Part shown: positions 50,313 to 62,798 of the stretch, in pieces | How the letters are laid out: each line of letters starts with the position of its first letter | How positions within the stretch are numbered: the first letter of the stretch is position 1 | Origin: Octopus sinensis | Lineage: Eukaryota | NCBI RefSeq assembly: GCF_006345805.1 | Contig: NC_043009.1 | Coordinates: 22,320,001-22,384,000 of the forward strand | Length of the DNA stretch: 64,000 bases | Reading direction: 5' to 3' | The notes under the pieces: generated by a model | What the model saw: only the letters and a program-made list of their open reading frames with translations | Database searches by the model: none | Told to the model about the DNA's origin: nothing | Program-made: the position numbers and the translations under genes

Positions 50313-53300
50313 CACACTGAAAGGTAGGTCTGGCGAGATAGTCGAGATGCTTGAACGGAGACGTGTTGATGTATGTTGTATGCAAGAAATAAGGTGGAGA
50401 GGAGGATCTGCTAGGTTCCTCACAGGCAAGGAACACAAGTACAAGATTTTCTGGGCAGGGAACACTGACGGGGTTGGTGGCGTGGGTATACTTATCGCTG
50501 AGAAATGGATAGAGTAATTGAGGTAATCAGAGTAAGTGACAGAATACTTAAGATTAGAATAGTGCTTCATAATAGATTAGCAACCATTATATCGCCCTAT
50601 GCCCCTCAGCCAGGGCTACCCGATGGACAGAAAGACAGTTTCTATGACACCCTACTGCAGACCACCTCATTGACGAACGACAGGGACCTTCTCTTTGTAG
50701 CTGGTGATTTCAATGGGCATGTTGGACGACATGCTGGGGGCTTCCATGGCGTACATGGAGGCTACAGTTATGGTTCCCGCAACGAGGAGGGAACCAGGCT
50801 GCTGGAGTTCTGCGATGCGAATAGTCTTATGGTCTGCAACACTAACTTCAGGAAACCAACAAGCCACCTGGTCACCTACCGATCGGGCCGGCATACTAGC
50901 CAAATCGACTACATCCTTGCCAGAAAAAGGGAAAGATGGCTGCTTATCAATGCCAAAACCTTCCCAGGCGAAGAATGCACCCCACAACATAGACTGGTAG
51001 TTAGTGACTTTAGGATCAGGACTAAGAGGGCGACTAGAAGACAACCAACATGGAGAAGAAGGGTCTGGAAACTTAAAGACCCTGCGAATGGACAGAGATT
51101 TAGAGACATGTTACTTGAAGTCTTTGACGAAATGGAAGGGGGTATAGCTACGCATGGGGTAGAAGACAACAGGACGCTTCTGAGGGACAACCTGCTGAAA
51201 GCCACTGACCAGATCTGTGGCTGGTGCAAAGTCCCCTTAGGACCCAAAATAACGTGGTGGTGGAACAATATTGTTGACAGGGCTATTAGACAAAAGAAAC
51301 AGGCTTGGAAGGCCTGGAAGAACAGTGGTAGCAGGGAAGTGTATCAGACTGCCAGAAGGGAAGCTAGGAGACAGGTCTATCTAGCCAGAGGGGAAGCGGA
51401 TAAGAGAAAATTTGCCAATGTCCTGCGCCGTGAGGATGAAAGACTTGAGGTATTTCGTGTTGCAAGACAGTGTGTGAGAGAGAATCGTGATGTGGTAGGA
51501 GAGAAATGTGTTCGCATGGAGGATGGTTCACTTGCGCTAAATGAGGATGCAAAGAGAGAAGCTTGGAGACGCCACTATGAAAGGTTGCTGAATGAGGAAA
51601 ATGAATGGGATAAAGAGAGTCTGCCGAATGTTGACCCAACAGAGGGACCAGCTATCCGAGTTGATAGTTCCGTGGTAGCTAAGGCAATTAGAAGCATGAA
51701 GACAGGGAAAGCCCCAGGCCCATCAGGAATTACTGCAGAGATGCTCAAAATATCTGGTAGTGTCGGCTATAGCATAGTCACCCGTATAGTTAACCAGGTG
51801 ATACATGAAGGAGTCATACCCAATGACTGGTGTAGCAGCATAATAGTCAACTGCTACAAAGGTAAAGGCGATGCCCTAGATACAAAAAACTACAGGGGCA
51901 TCAAGCTGTTGGATCAGGTAATGAAGGTTACGGAGAGGGTTATAGCCCAGTTAATTAGAGAGAGAGTTAGCTTAGATGATATGCAGTTTGGGTTCGTGCC
52001 AGGGAAAAGTACTACTGATGCTATATTCCTGGTAAGACAGCTGCAGGAGAAATACCTAGCCAAAGGTAAGCCCTTGTACCTGGCTTTTGTTGACTTGGAG
52101 AAAGCCTTTGACAGGGTCCCCCGATCCCTTATCTGGTGGTCAATGAGGAAACTAGGGATAGATGAATGGTTAGTGAGAGCTGTGCGAGCCATGTACAGAG
52201 ACGCAGCTAGTAAGGTGAGGGTTGGCAACGAGTACAGTGAAGAATTCGGGTAGAGGTTGGGGTCCACCAAGGTTCAGTCCTCAGCCCCCTCCTATTTATC
52301 ATAGTCCTCCAGGCAATAACGGAAGAATTTAAGACAAGATGCCCCTGGGAGCTCCTCTATGCTGATGACCTTGCTCTAATTGCTGAGTCACTATCAGAAC
52401 TGGAGGAGAAGTTTCAGGTGTGGAAACAAGGATTAGAATCGAAGGGCCTTAGAATCAACCTAGCCAAAACCAAAGTCCTAATAAGTAGGAAGGTGGACCA
52501 ACCACAAACGACTTCAGGTAGATGGCCCTGCTCGATCTGTAAAAAAGGTGTAGGTAGAAACTCTATAAGGTGCACCAAGTGTAAGCTATGGACACATAAG
52601 AGGTGCAGCAATGTCAAAGGTAGGCTAACTGGGAAGATAGTTTTCGTATGTGGCAGATGCTCAGGAGAAATAAACACTGGAAATGTGCAGAGACCAACTT
52701 CTACCACGTTCCAGGGAGACAAACTAGAAGTAGTTGATAGCTTCCGCTACCTAGGAGACCAAGTTAGTAGTGGGGGTGGGTGTGCTGAAAGTGTAACTGC
52801 TAGAGTAAGAATAGCCTGGGCAAAGTTTAGAGAGCTCTTACCCCTGCTGGTGACAAAAGGCCTCTCGCTCAGAGTAAAAGGCAGACTTTATGATGCATGT
52901 GTACGTACAGCCATGCTACATGGTAGTGAAACATGGGCCGTGACTGCTGAGGATATGCGTAAGCTCGCAAGAAATGAAGCCAGTATGCTCCGATGGATGT
53001 GTAATGTCAGTGTTCATAATCGTCAGAGTGTAAGTACCTTGAGAGAAAAGTTGAACCTAAGAAGCGTCAGTTGTGGTGTGCAAGAGAGACGGCTGCGCTG
53101 GTATGGTCATATGACGAGAATGGCTGAAGATAATTGTGTGCAAAAGTGCTACACCCTAGCAGTTGAGGGAACCTGTGGAAGAGGTAGACCCAGGAAAACC
53201 TGGGACGAAGTGGTGAAGCACGACATACGAACTTTAGGTCTCACCAAGGAAATGACTAGAGACCGAGACCTATGGAAGTATGCTGTGCGTGAGAAGACCC

Positions 53301-54103
53301 GGCAAGACTAGTCAGGCCATAACCCGTGGCCCCTACCTGGGACGTAGTCAGTCCACCTGTGCATACCTTCCTTCTTGTGACACTTGTGAAGACCTGTTGA
53401 GGCAAGTGAAAATCAAACAAAATCAAAATAGATGAACATCAATGGAATTTGTATCTTTGTGGTACCAGTGCCGGTGGCACACAAGAAAGCCATCCGAACG
53501 TGGCCGTAGCCAGTACCGCACCGACTGGCCTCCATGCGGTGGGCACGTAACAATCACCATCCAATCGTGGCCGATCGCCAGCCTAATCTGGCTCCTGTGT
53601 CGGTGGCACATAAAAAACACCATCCGAACGTGGTCGTCTGCTAGCCTTGTCTGGCACCTGTGTTGGTGGCACATAAAAACACCATCCGAGCGTGGCCGTT
53701 CGCCAGCCTCGTCTGGCACCTGTGTCGGTGGCACATAAAAACACCATCCGAGCGTGGTCGTCTGCTAGCCTTGTCTGGCACCTGTGTTGGTGGCACATAA
53801 AAACACCATCCGAGCGTGGCCGTTCACCAGCTTCGTCTGGCACCTGTGTCGGTGGCACATAAAAACACCATCTGAGCGTGGCCGTTCACCAGCCTCGTCT
53901 GGCACCTGTGTCGGTGGCACATAAAATCACCCACTACACTCTCGGAGTGGTTGGCGTTAGGAAGGGCATCCAGCTGTAGAAACACTGCCAGATCTGACTG
54001 GCCTGGTGCAGCCTTCGGGCTCCCCAGACCCCAGTTGAACTGTCCAACCCATGCTAGCATGGAAAGCGGACGTTAAATGATGATGATGATGATGATGATG
54101 ATG
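50313..54103 (+). mobile_element. RTE-clade LINE, slightly 5'-truncated, two frameshifts (APE-RT-PHD-like finger, 3' UTR, (GAT)n tail)
   Basis: APE motifs MQEIRW, GVGI, GDFNGHVG, QIDY and QHRLV; RT motifs NYRGIKLL, QFGF, DLEKAFD, GVHQGS and YADD; frameshifts at ~50508 and ~52247; stop at 53311. Antisense to GEMIN5. Confidence 0.95.
53470..53927 (+). repeat. ~61-62-bp minisatellite in the RTE 3' UTR (~7 units)
   Basis: Unit ACCATCCGAGCGTGGCCGTTCGCCAGCCTCGTCTGGCACCTGTGTCGGTGGCACATAAAAAC. Confidence 0.9.
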
Positions 54104-54640
54104 GGCTTCTTTCAGTTTCTGTCTACCACTCATAAGGCTTTGGTTGTCCCGAGGCTATAATAGAAGACATCTGCCCAAGGTGATATGTAGTGGGGTTGAA
54201 CCTGGAACCATGTAGTTGACATTTACTTTCCCATGTTTGATGAAATGCTACCCAACCATTTTCCCTCATATGACAGCACAACTTGAGAGAGATTGTTCTA
54301 TCATGTGATAGATATCTGATGTCTTGAGTTCCGTGTTCAATCCCCAGTAAGTGACATCCTTTTTTTGTTTGCTGTCCATCCCTGATTAATTCTTTAGTTG
54401 GGTTCACTGCTTAAGTGTTGTTGACCCTTGAATATATTCACAGCCACATACAAACCCACTTGCAATTGAACTTACACGCTTGCACATTCACATGCACACA
54501 CGCTCCCACAAAATGCATATATATTACAAATGTGCATATAATAATGAAAATATAGACACAGGAATGTACACAAAAATATTTTACAAATGCTCTCATAAAG
54601 AATGTGTATGCATACATATAGCTAGTTATTCATATATATA

Positions 54641-54838
54641 CTAGCAGCATAGCCTAGCGTTGCCCGGGTATGTAAGAGCCCCTAGTAGGCAACGACTAAT
54701 CCCAATCTAGTCCTTTCCCTCTAGGGAACGAAGGCGCATGTGTAGGTTGCAATGTCTTCTCTTCACTCGAATACTTCTGTGTATACGATGTTCCTAGCTG
54801 TCCCTTTGGGCGAAAACATGAAAACCATGCAATCCAAC
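54641..54838 (-). mobile_element. Helitron 3' fragment with the RepHel (PIF1) C-terminal coding remnant
   Basis: The minus strand encodes FSPKGTARNIVYTEVFE* (NIVYxEV end motif), followed by hairpin CCCGGGCAACGCTAGG and CTAG|T. Confidence 0.75.
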
Positions 54839-56901
54839 ATGTACACAAAATTAAAGATATATACATGTATGTATGCACATACATACATTACTATTGAGCT
54901 GGTATTGTCTAAATTTCAATAAAGGAGCATTGTTTCTGAGGCTGGGGACCAACTTTTTTAGTATTTGGGAAGACATTTACTTGCGTACATACATACATCA
55001 CTGCCAGCACCATTATCATTTTAATGTCCACTTTTCCATGCTTGCATGTGTGACACAGAATTTGTTGAGGCAGGGTTTTCTATAGCTGGATGACTTCCCT
55101 GTTTCCAACACTCACCACTTTCCAAGCAAGGTAATATTTTTCCATGAACAGACATGTTTCAAGGGGATATTGGAAAAGAATGACATTGCTCATGTGATAA
55201 GGAAACACAAACATACACACATACAATGCATGTAGTTACATATATAAAAATACAAAAGTAGTCACATACATATACGCATATAATTATATACATACAAATA
55301 CAAGGGTAGTCACATGCACACATACACATACTTCCATGCCCACACATTGATACCTGTATACATGCAAATGAAGAAACATACATAAGATACATACACTGTA
55401 TCACAGATTGGATATCATTGTTTGGAACGGATCTAGGACTTGTCTAAAACACTTTGGCCTAAGGAACTTTGGTCTAAAGTGACTTTTTCATAAACACACA
55501 ATAGTCTAAAGACATTGTTGTCTAAACTCACTTTGGTTTAATAACTATTTGTTCTAAGAATCTAAAAAAAAAAAAAATGTAAAAGCTCTAAATAACTATA
55601 TTCTAATAATCCTTTTTGTCTTTAGACAAAAATGCTTTTTGACAAAAGTGCTGTATTCTGTTTGGAACAGAAAGAACATGTACTGTCATTGAGGCTAGTT
55701 ACCCTGCTGATGTGAATATCTTTTCAAAAACCAGAGAGAAAGAAGATAATAATGGACAACTCCTTTGAAATAATATTCAGTGTCCTTATCCAGATTATAA
55801 ATTCACATTTATATCAAAAATTATAATTGATGATAATTTTGTTAGTAAATACCTAAGTGACAACCTGGAAAAGCTAGGGTTTTCAGAAAAAGAAATCAAC
55901 CAGCTACCATGCAGTTACAAATACAAATACAAATCTGTAAGCAGAACAATAAAAATGTGCAAGACATTTCTCAAGTTCAAAATGTTATCTATATTCCGAC
56001 AATGAAGCTTTGTATCTTTATTAGAAACCGGCTCTTTCCTTACAGGAACACTTCAAATAATTAAACATGAGAGAGGACATATATAGCTACATGTGTGTAT
56101 GTATGTATATGTAGATACACACACATGCATACTAATACATATCATCATAATCATTGTTTCAACATCCATTTTCCATGCCTGCATGGGTCAGATGGAATTC
56201 ATTGAAACAAAACTTCAATGGCCAGATGCCTTTAACGTTGCCAAACCTCATCTGTTTCCAAGTAAGGTAATATTTTCCCATGACCAGACATGTTTCTGCA
56301 GAGAACTGGAAATGAAGAACTCTGCCTGTATAACAGTGACACTCATTTACAACTATCACGCAATATGAAGGCAAGGAGAAAGTAACACACACACATATAC
56401 ACACTTACATAGGGAATAAAATGTATGACTTAAAGGTTTGGTTGCTGTTATATATATAGGAGTTGGTTATTGATTTACTTATTGAATTTATTTACCGATA
56501 CTGTTGTACATACGGTAAATATGTTTGAAAGTTGCGATTTCTTTGGTATCTTTCTTTCCTAACAACACTTATTTTAGTGCAGTTGACACCGCTGGATTGA
56601 ATGGTACTGTCCAGGTGTTGAAACCATGATGATATCCGTGGGGCAGCTGATGATGGAGGTATGTTGGTATGGCTGTTTTTGTATATGTGAAATAGTATCA
56701 TAACACATTTATATCATCATCATCATCATCATCATCGTTTAACGTCCGTTTTCCGCGCTAGCACGGGTTGGACGGTTTGACTGGCAGTGTTTCTACAGCT
56801 GGATGCCCTTCCTAACGCCAACCACTCCGCGAGTGTAGTGGGTGCTTTTTACGTGCCACCTGCACAGGTGCCAGAGAGGTCAGGCATCGGCCACGATCGG
56901 T

Positions 56902-58169
56902 TATTGCCTTTTTTCGTTGCATTGCGGCAGGGGGAGGGTTCCGGCAGAGAGAAGAGAGAGAGAGAAAGTGGGGGTGTGTGCATGTAATATAGGGGAGCAC
57001 CAGTGGGGAAGGTTTGGGGTAAAGAGAAACGATGATAGGTAGGGTTGGTGGCAGGTTCTAGACAGAATGAAAAGTAGGAAGTAAAACGTAGGAAGTAAAA
57101 CGTAGGATATCACGAGTGGGGGGGGGGGCTGGAAGGAGATAGCCGGTTGAGGCAGTGACACATTTCAAAACAGGGGGAACATAAGATAACAGGTTAAGTG
57201 GGACGTTTGATGAGCTGCGGCGCTAGCTGCTTCTGTCTAGGGGGAGAGAGGCAGGGGTAAATACATAGTGAGAAAGTATATTGAGGAGGAGGGGTAGGAG
57301 GAACAGACACACGTAGTGGTGGAGGTGGTAGAGGGGATATCCGGTGAGGATGGTGTAAACAGAGTGTTCTCCGGTATGGGTGGTGGGGGTGGGAAAGGGC
57401 GGGCGAACCGCGAATGGCGGGGGGCGAAGATTTTGATTGGGGACAGTAGTGATAAAGACTTAAGCAATCGGGGTTTGAAGAAATGAACAGAGTAACGAAC
57501 GAATTAATTAACTTGGTACCGAGGGGTTAAACAAATTAAAGAAATTAAAGGGTTATATTTTAAGAACAAGCAGAATTAGTGAATAGATTCGAACATTTAA
57601 GGGTTAGCGGCAAATGTATGTGTGTAGTACAAGAGTCGGAAGAAATGAAATGAGAATTCTTAGCTTGCTTGCTATGATCATCGCTGTGTGGTCAAGAAAG
57701 GGTGAATGAAAGAGAAGCATGAGGTGATATTTATAATAGGTTCACCGGAAGTGGGTTGGAAAGACGGAAGTTTTGATTGAAGACAGGACAGTACAGTAAT
57801 GGCGGAGGACGAACGAAATATCTTCATACCGAGGCATTTTTAAGAAAATTAAAGAATTTTGAGGAGGAAAGATCACGCAGGTTAGCGAATGGCGGGCGGC
57901 GAAGATTTTGATTGGGGACAGTAGTGATAAAGACTTAAGCAATCAGGGTTTGAAGAAATGAACAGAGTAACGAACGGATTAATTAACTTGGTACCGAGGG
58001 GTTAAGCAAATTAAAGAAATTAAAGGGTTATATTTTAAGAACAAGCAGAATTAGTGAATAGATTCGAACATTTAAGGGTTAGCGGCAAATGTATGTGTGT
58101 AGTACAAGAGTCGGAAGAAATGAAATGAGAATTCTTAGCTTGCTTGCTATGATCATCGCTGTGTGGTCA
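56902..58169. mobile_element. Unclassified element with 285-bp direct repeats (period 475 bp)
   Basis: 57410-57694 matches 57885-58169 with few mismatches; purine-rich on +; ends at a (TA)n tract. Confidence 0.6.
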
Positions 58170-58180
58170 TATATATATAG

Positions 58181-58217
<37 letters not shown>

Positions 58218-58415
58218 TACACATGCAAGCATATGTACACATAATAGGCTTCTTTCAGTTTCTGTCTATCAAATCCACTCACAAGTCTTTGATCAGTTGG
58301 GGTTGAACTTTGAAACGTGGTTGGGAAGCAAGCTTCTAGCCACATAGCCTGTACCAATCATACACGAAAATACAGACAGACACACACACATACTCAGAAA
58401 TAAATAAGGGCTTAC

Positions 58416-58535
58416 CATTTTGCTGCTTGTTCGTAATTCCCTTCCTTGGCCAGTTGTTGGGCCCACATACTGTATAGGTCCTCAAACACTGGGTCAACAG
58501 GGGAGAGACGGACCTTAGCAAAGGTTACAGCTTCT
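58416..58535 (-). CDS. GEMIN5: GEMIN5 exon, TPR-like dimerisation domain
   Basis: (R)EAVTFAKVRLSPVDPVFEDLYSMWAQQLAKEGNYEQAAK(C) resembles human [41 protein letters not shown] (recalled). Acceptor tttgcag, donor gtaag, 120 nt, phase 2 to 2. This frame is not in the supplied ORF track. Confidence 0.92.
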
Positions 58536-59046
58536 CTGCAAATAAAGAAATATGAGAATGCACATCAGTAACTTTTAACCTTAAGTGGTCACTTGACCTG
58601 CTAGGAACAGCAGACAAGTTTCCTTCAAATCACAGTTCAACTGTTTTAAAATACATAACACATACATAGCAAGGTCACTCAATCTGCTAGAAATAGCAGC
58701 CAAGGTTTCTTTCAAATCACAAACAGCAATGTAGTCATTAAGCCATTAAATTAAAGTAAGAGGATGGGATGGTCATGGCTGGAACTCCTTTGATCATGAG
58801 ACTTTGGCCTCATTAGGCCAGAACTTTGCTCAGTTTCCATGGTCAGTTGCAGGGTCAAATCCCCAGCTAATGCCACAACACATTTACAGATGAGTGAACT
58901 GGAGCAATGTGAAACAAAGAGTTTTGCTCAAGAACTCAAAGCACAGCCCAGTCCATGGCGTACAAAGTCTGATCAAAAAGTATCAGGACTGGTGCTACAA
59001 AAAGTAAACAACAGCATATATCAATTTAATATTTAATCGCTTTTAA

Positions 59047-59269
59047 CCCTTTCAATACCAACCTTGCTGAAACTGCTTCTGGCTCTGTAGTACAAATGTC
59101 TTGTTTTCATAAGTTTTGAATTAAAATCTTCCACCAAAACTTGGCCACAATTTATGTTCCTAACACTAGCTTAAGGATAACTAAGTTATTTTACTAGAAT
59201 TCCTTGTTATATTTAAAATTAATTGAAAGAAACACAGAGCATCTCAAAATGTATACGGTAATGAAAGGG
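59047..59269. mobile_element. piggyBac-type MITE (family 1)
   Basis: TTAA|CCCTTTCAATACC ... GGTAATGAAAGGG|TTAA; the body matches 17290-17510 in reverse orientation. Confidence 0.75.
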
Positions 59270-59299
59270 TTAAAGTAGTCACACACTTTATCCAGCATC

Positions 59300-60500
59300 G
59301 ATCAGGTAATGAAGGTCACGGAGAGGGTCATAGCCCAAATAATTAGGGAGAGAGTCAGTATAGATGAGATGCAGTTTGGGTTCGTGTTAGGGAAAAGCAC
59401 CACTGATGCTATATTTCTGGTAAGCCAGCTGCAGGAGAAAAACCTAGCCAAAGATAAACCTCTGTACCGGGCTTTCATTGACATGAAGAAAGACTTTGAC
59501 AGGGTCCCCCAATCTCTTATCTGGTAGTCAATGAGGAAACTAGGGATAGATGAATGGTTAGTGAGAGCTGTGCAAGACATGTACAGGGACACTGTCAGTA
59601 AGGTGAGGGTTGGCATTGAGTACAGTGAAGAATTCCGGGTAGAGGTAGGGGTTCACTAAGGTTCAGTCCTCAGCCCCCTCCTATTTATCATAGTCCTCCA
59701 GGTAATAACAGAGGAATTCAAGACAGGATGCCCCTGGAAGCTCCTCTATGCTGATGACCTTGCTTTAATTACTGAGTCACTATCAGAACTGGAGGAGAAA
59801 TTTCAGCTGTGGAAGCAAGGATTAGAATCGAAGGGCCTTAGAATCAACCTAGCTAAAACCAAAATCCTAATAAGTAGGAAGGCAAGCAAACCACAAATCC
59901 CTTCAGGTAGATGGTCCTGCTCAATCTGTAGAAAAGGCATAGGTAGAAACTCTATAAGATGCACCAAGTATAAGCTATGGACACATAAGAGGTGCAGCAA
60001 TATCAAAGGAAGGCTAACTGGGAAGATAGTTTTTGTATGTGGCAGATGCTCAGGAGCAATAAACACTGAAAATGTGCAGAGAACAACTTCTGCCAAATTC
60101 CAGGGAGACAAACTAGAAGTAGCTGATAGCTTCCGTTACCTAGGTGACCAAGTCAGTAGCAAGGGTGGATACTCTGAAAGTGTAGCTGCTAGAATAAGAA
60201 TAGCTTGGGCAAAGTTCAGAGAGCTCCTACCTCTGCTGTTGACAAAGGGCCTCTCGCTCAGAGTAAAAGGTAGACTGTATGATGCATGTGTATGAACAGC
60301 CATGCTACATGGCAGTGAAACATGGGCTGTGACTGCTGAGGACATGCAGAAGCTTGCAAGGAATGAAGTCAGTATGCTCCAAAGGATGTGTAATGTCAGT
60401 GTGCATACACGACAGTGTGTAAGTACCTTGAAAGAAAAGTTGGACCTAAGAAGCATCAGATGTGGTGTGCAAGAGAGACGACTACGCTGGTATGGTCATG
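59300..60500 (+). mobile_element. Second, more decayed RTE fragment (RT, finger and thumb region)
   Basis: Colinear with 51912-53111 but carries several in-frame stops; truncated at both ends. Confidence 0.92.
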
Positions 60501-61030
60501 CCCCACCAAAAAACAATGAGTTGCCTTGTAATTTTTGCATCTGGTGTAGTTTACTTACTTTATATCTTGGGTAAATGTTATTTGCAGTGATGCACAACAG
60601 GTGCACACTACGTAAACTGCAAGACACCACTCCTTCTACTCTCTGTTTTCCTACTTCAGTGGATGATATCTCAAGTTACATCACACAACTTAGTTTACAT
60701 TGAAAAAGCAGAAGTGATGGTGGTGGTGGTGAAGGTGAGGGTGGCATTGGAAAAGAGGAGGAGGAGGAGAAAGGGTAAAGAGATATATAATTCAAGGATA
60801 TTCATTATCTGTTTTGTTTGGTTTTTTTTCTTCGCCTTGCTTTTTATTTTATTTTACTTGTTTGCTTGATTGTTTATTCTCTCCCTCTCTCTCTTTTTCC
60901 TCTTCCTAGTTATACATTTTATTGCAGAACAAAAAGAAAAAAAAAGAAAATTGCTATGAAACCAGATCAATACCTGGTTGGGAGTAGGAGTGAGAAGGGA
61001 CATTAAGGGAGTGAAATGCTGCTGCTGCTG

Positions 61031-61064
<34 letters not shown>

Positions 61065-61825
61065 CACTACCACCACCACCAATAATAATGATGATGATGA
61101 TGATTATGATCAAAAGCAACATAAAACTTAAGAAGAATTTTCGAAATACATTTTCCTCTTTTTTGCTTAATCTTTTTTTTTATTTATAAAACTGCCAGTG
61201 ATTGTAGCAACAACAATAAAGGGATTCTCACAACTACAACAATAACAAACAAGTACAACAACAACAGGAGCAGCATGAACACCACCACTAGGATGGATGT
61301 CTACAATCACAACAACATAAACATTCACATCTTGAACAACAACAGTAACAATAAGCACAGCTACAGCAACAACAAAAAATATTTAAAAAAAGAGACAAAG
61401 GTGGAAGAGAACAACAAGCAAAAACAAAATAAAATTGAATAAGCTACAACAAAAAAAAAAAGAAAAATAATTACAGCAAAAAAAAAATAACAAAAACTGT
61501 AGGAAAATAAAAATCAATCAAAAATCAATCGGAATAACTGAGGAAAAGAAAAGGGAGGTGTTTCTTTGGATGGTTGAGGTTTTTTAACTTCAACAGGTGT
61601 GAATTTAGGAATAGAGGATATCTTCTTGTGTTCTTTATTGAATGCAAAACCAAAAATGGATGTAAAGAAAAAAAAAGATTAAATAAATAAAATGTTTCCT
61701 GTGCAGACGTGCAAAGCGCGATTTAGATTTTGAGAAGGGTCTTGTGGAAAGGGGTTGGTGGAAGTGGGGGGAATAAAAAGTGGTGATGTGCATGGATTTC
61801 TGAAGACATACACACTAATATAGAC

Positions 61826-61859
<34 letters not shown>

Positions 61860-62577
61860 ATACATACACACATATATACATACACACACACACACATATA
61901 TATATTGTAAAAATACATGCATGCATACATGTGTATGAGTGTGTGTGTGTATACACACACAAAAGCATGGAATATGGGCATTAAATGATGGTGATATATA
62001 CACACAAACACACACACACATAATGAATAATTTGTACGAAGTTATATAACTGCTAACCATTTCTTAGTAAAACATACACATATTTTTTGTGTGCAAATAC
62101 ACACATGTGTATCTATAATGAAAAGCTTTTATTTTACACAAATATTGAAAACAAAACTGTTTTCCATTCTTATCTTTTCTATCAAGGATAATTTCCCCCC
62201 ATATTTTTCTAAGAGATCCTTGCAGTTTATTGGAAAACAATAAAGTTCTCAAATCTGATATAAATATTTTTAGATTTTCTCAATCTCACCTTCTGGATGG
62301 AGTGACATTGCTGCTTGTTGCTCCTGCTTCATAGTTAGGTAATGTCTGTGATTACAGCCAGAATTTGATTTATTTGAGCACATGGTGTTGAGTCGAACAC
62401 TACTGTGGGCTACGGTCAGGAATTAAGTGTCCATGCAGAGACTCTATTCCAATGAATTCTAACAGCACCACTCTCAGCATTTGAACTAATGAAAAATCTT
62501 CAGATTGGCAACAATAACGATGACTTTTAATACTGGGACAAACCGACTGTCTTGCAATGGAAAAGGAGCATATTTAA

Positions 62578-62798
62578 TCCTTTAGCATTTAGATTATTCT
62601 GTCAAATGTAATTTGTATATATTCATATTGTTTTTAATTAATCAGGCTTGGTCTTTCAGTTTCAATATTTTGTTGAAGTGAATGGTTATTTATAAAATGA
62701 CATTGTAGAATACATGTGAGAGGCTGGAACTGGCCAATTTAAACATAAAACAGGCAGAATATTTGGGGTTGGATATGGCTGGTTTAAATCCTAAAGGG
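62578..62798. mobile_element. piggyBac-type MITE (family 2)
   Basis: TTAA|TCCTTTAGCATTT ... CCTAAAGGG|TTAA; the body matches 18390-18610. Confidence 0.7.

Noticed and set aside
53470-53927. Regularly spaced repeats superficially like a CRISPR array
   Set aside because: No unique spacers, eukaryotic context, and it lies within a LINE 3' UTR.
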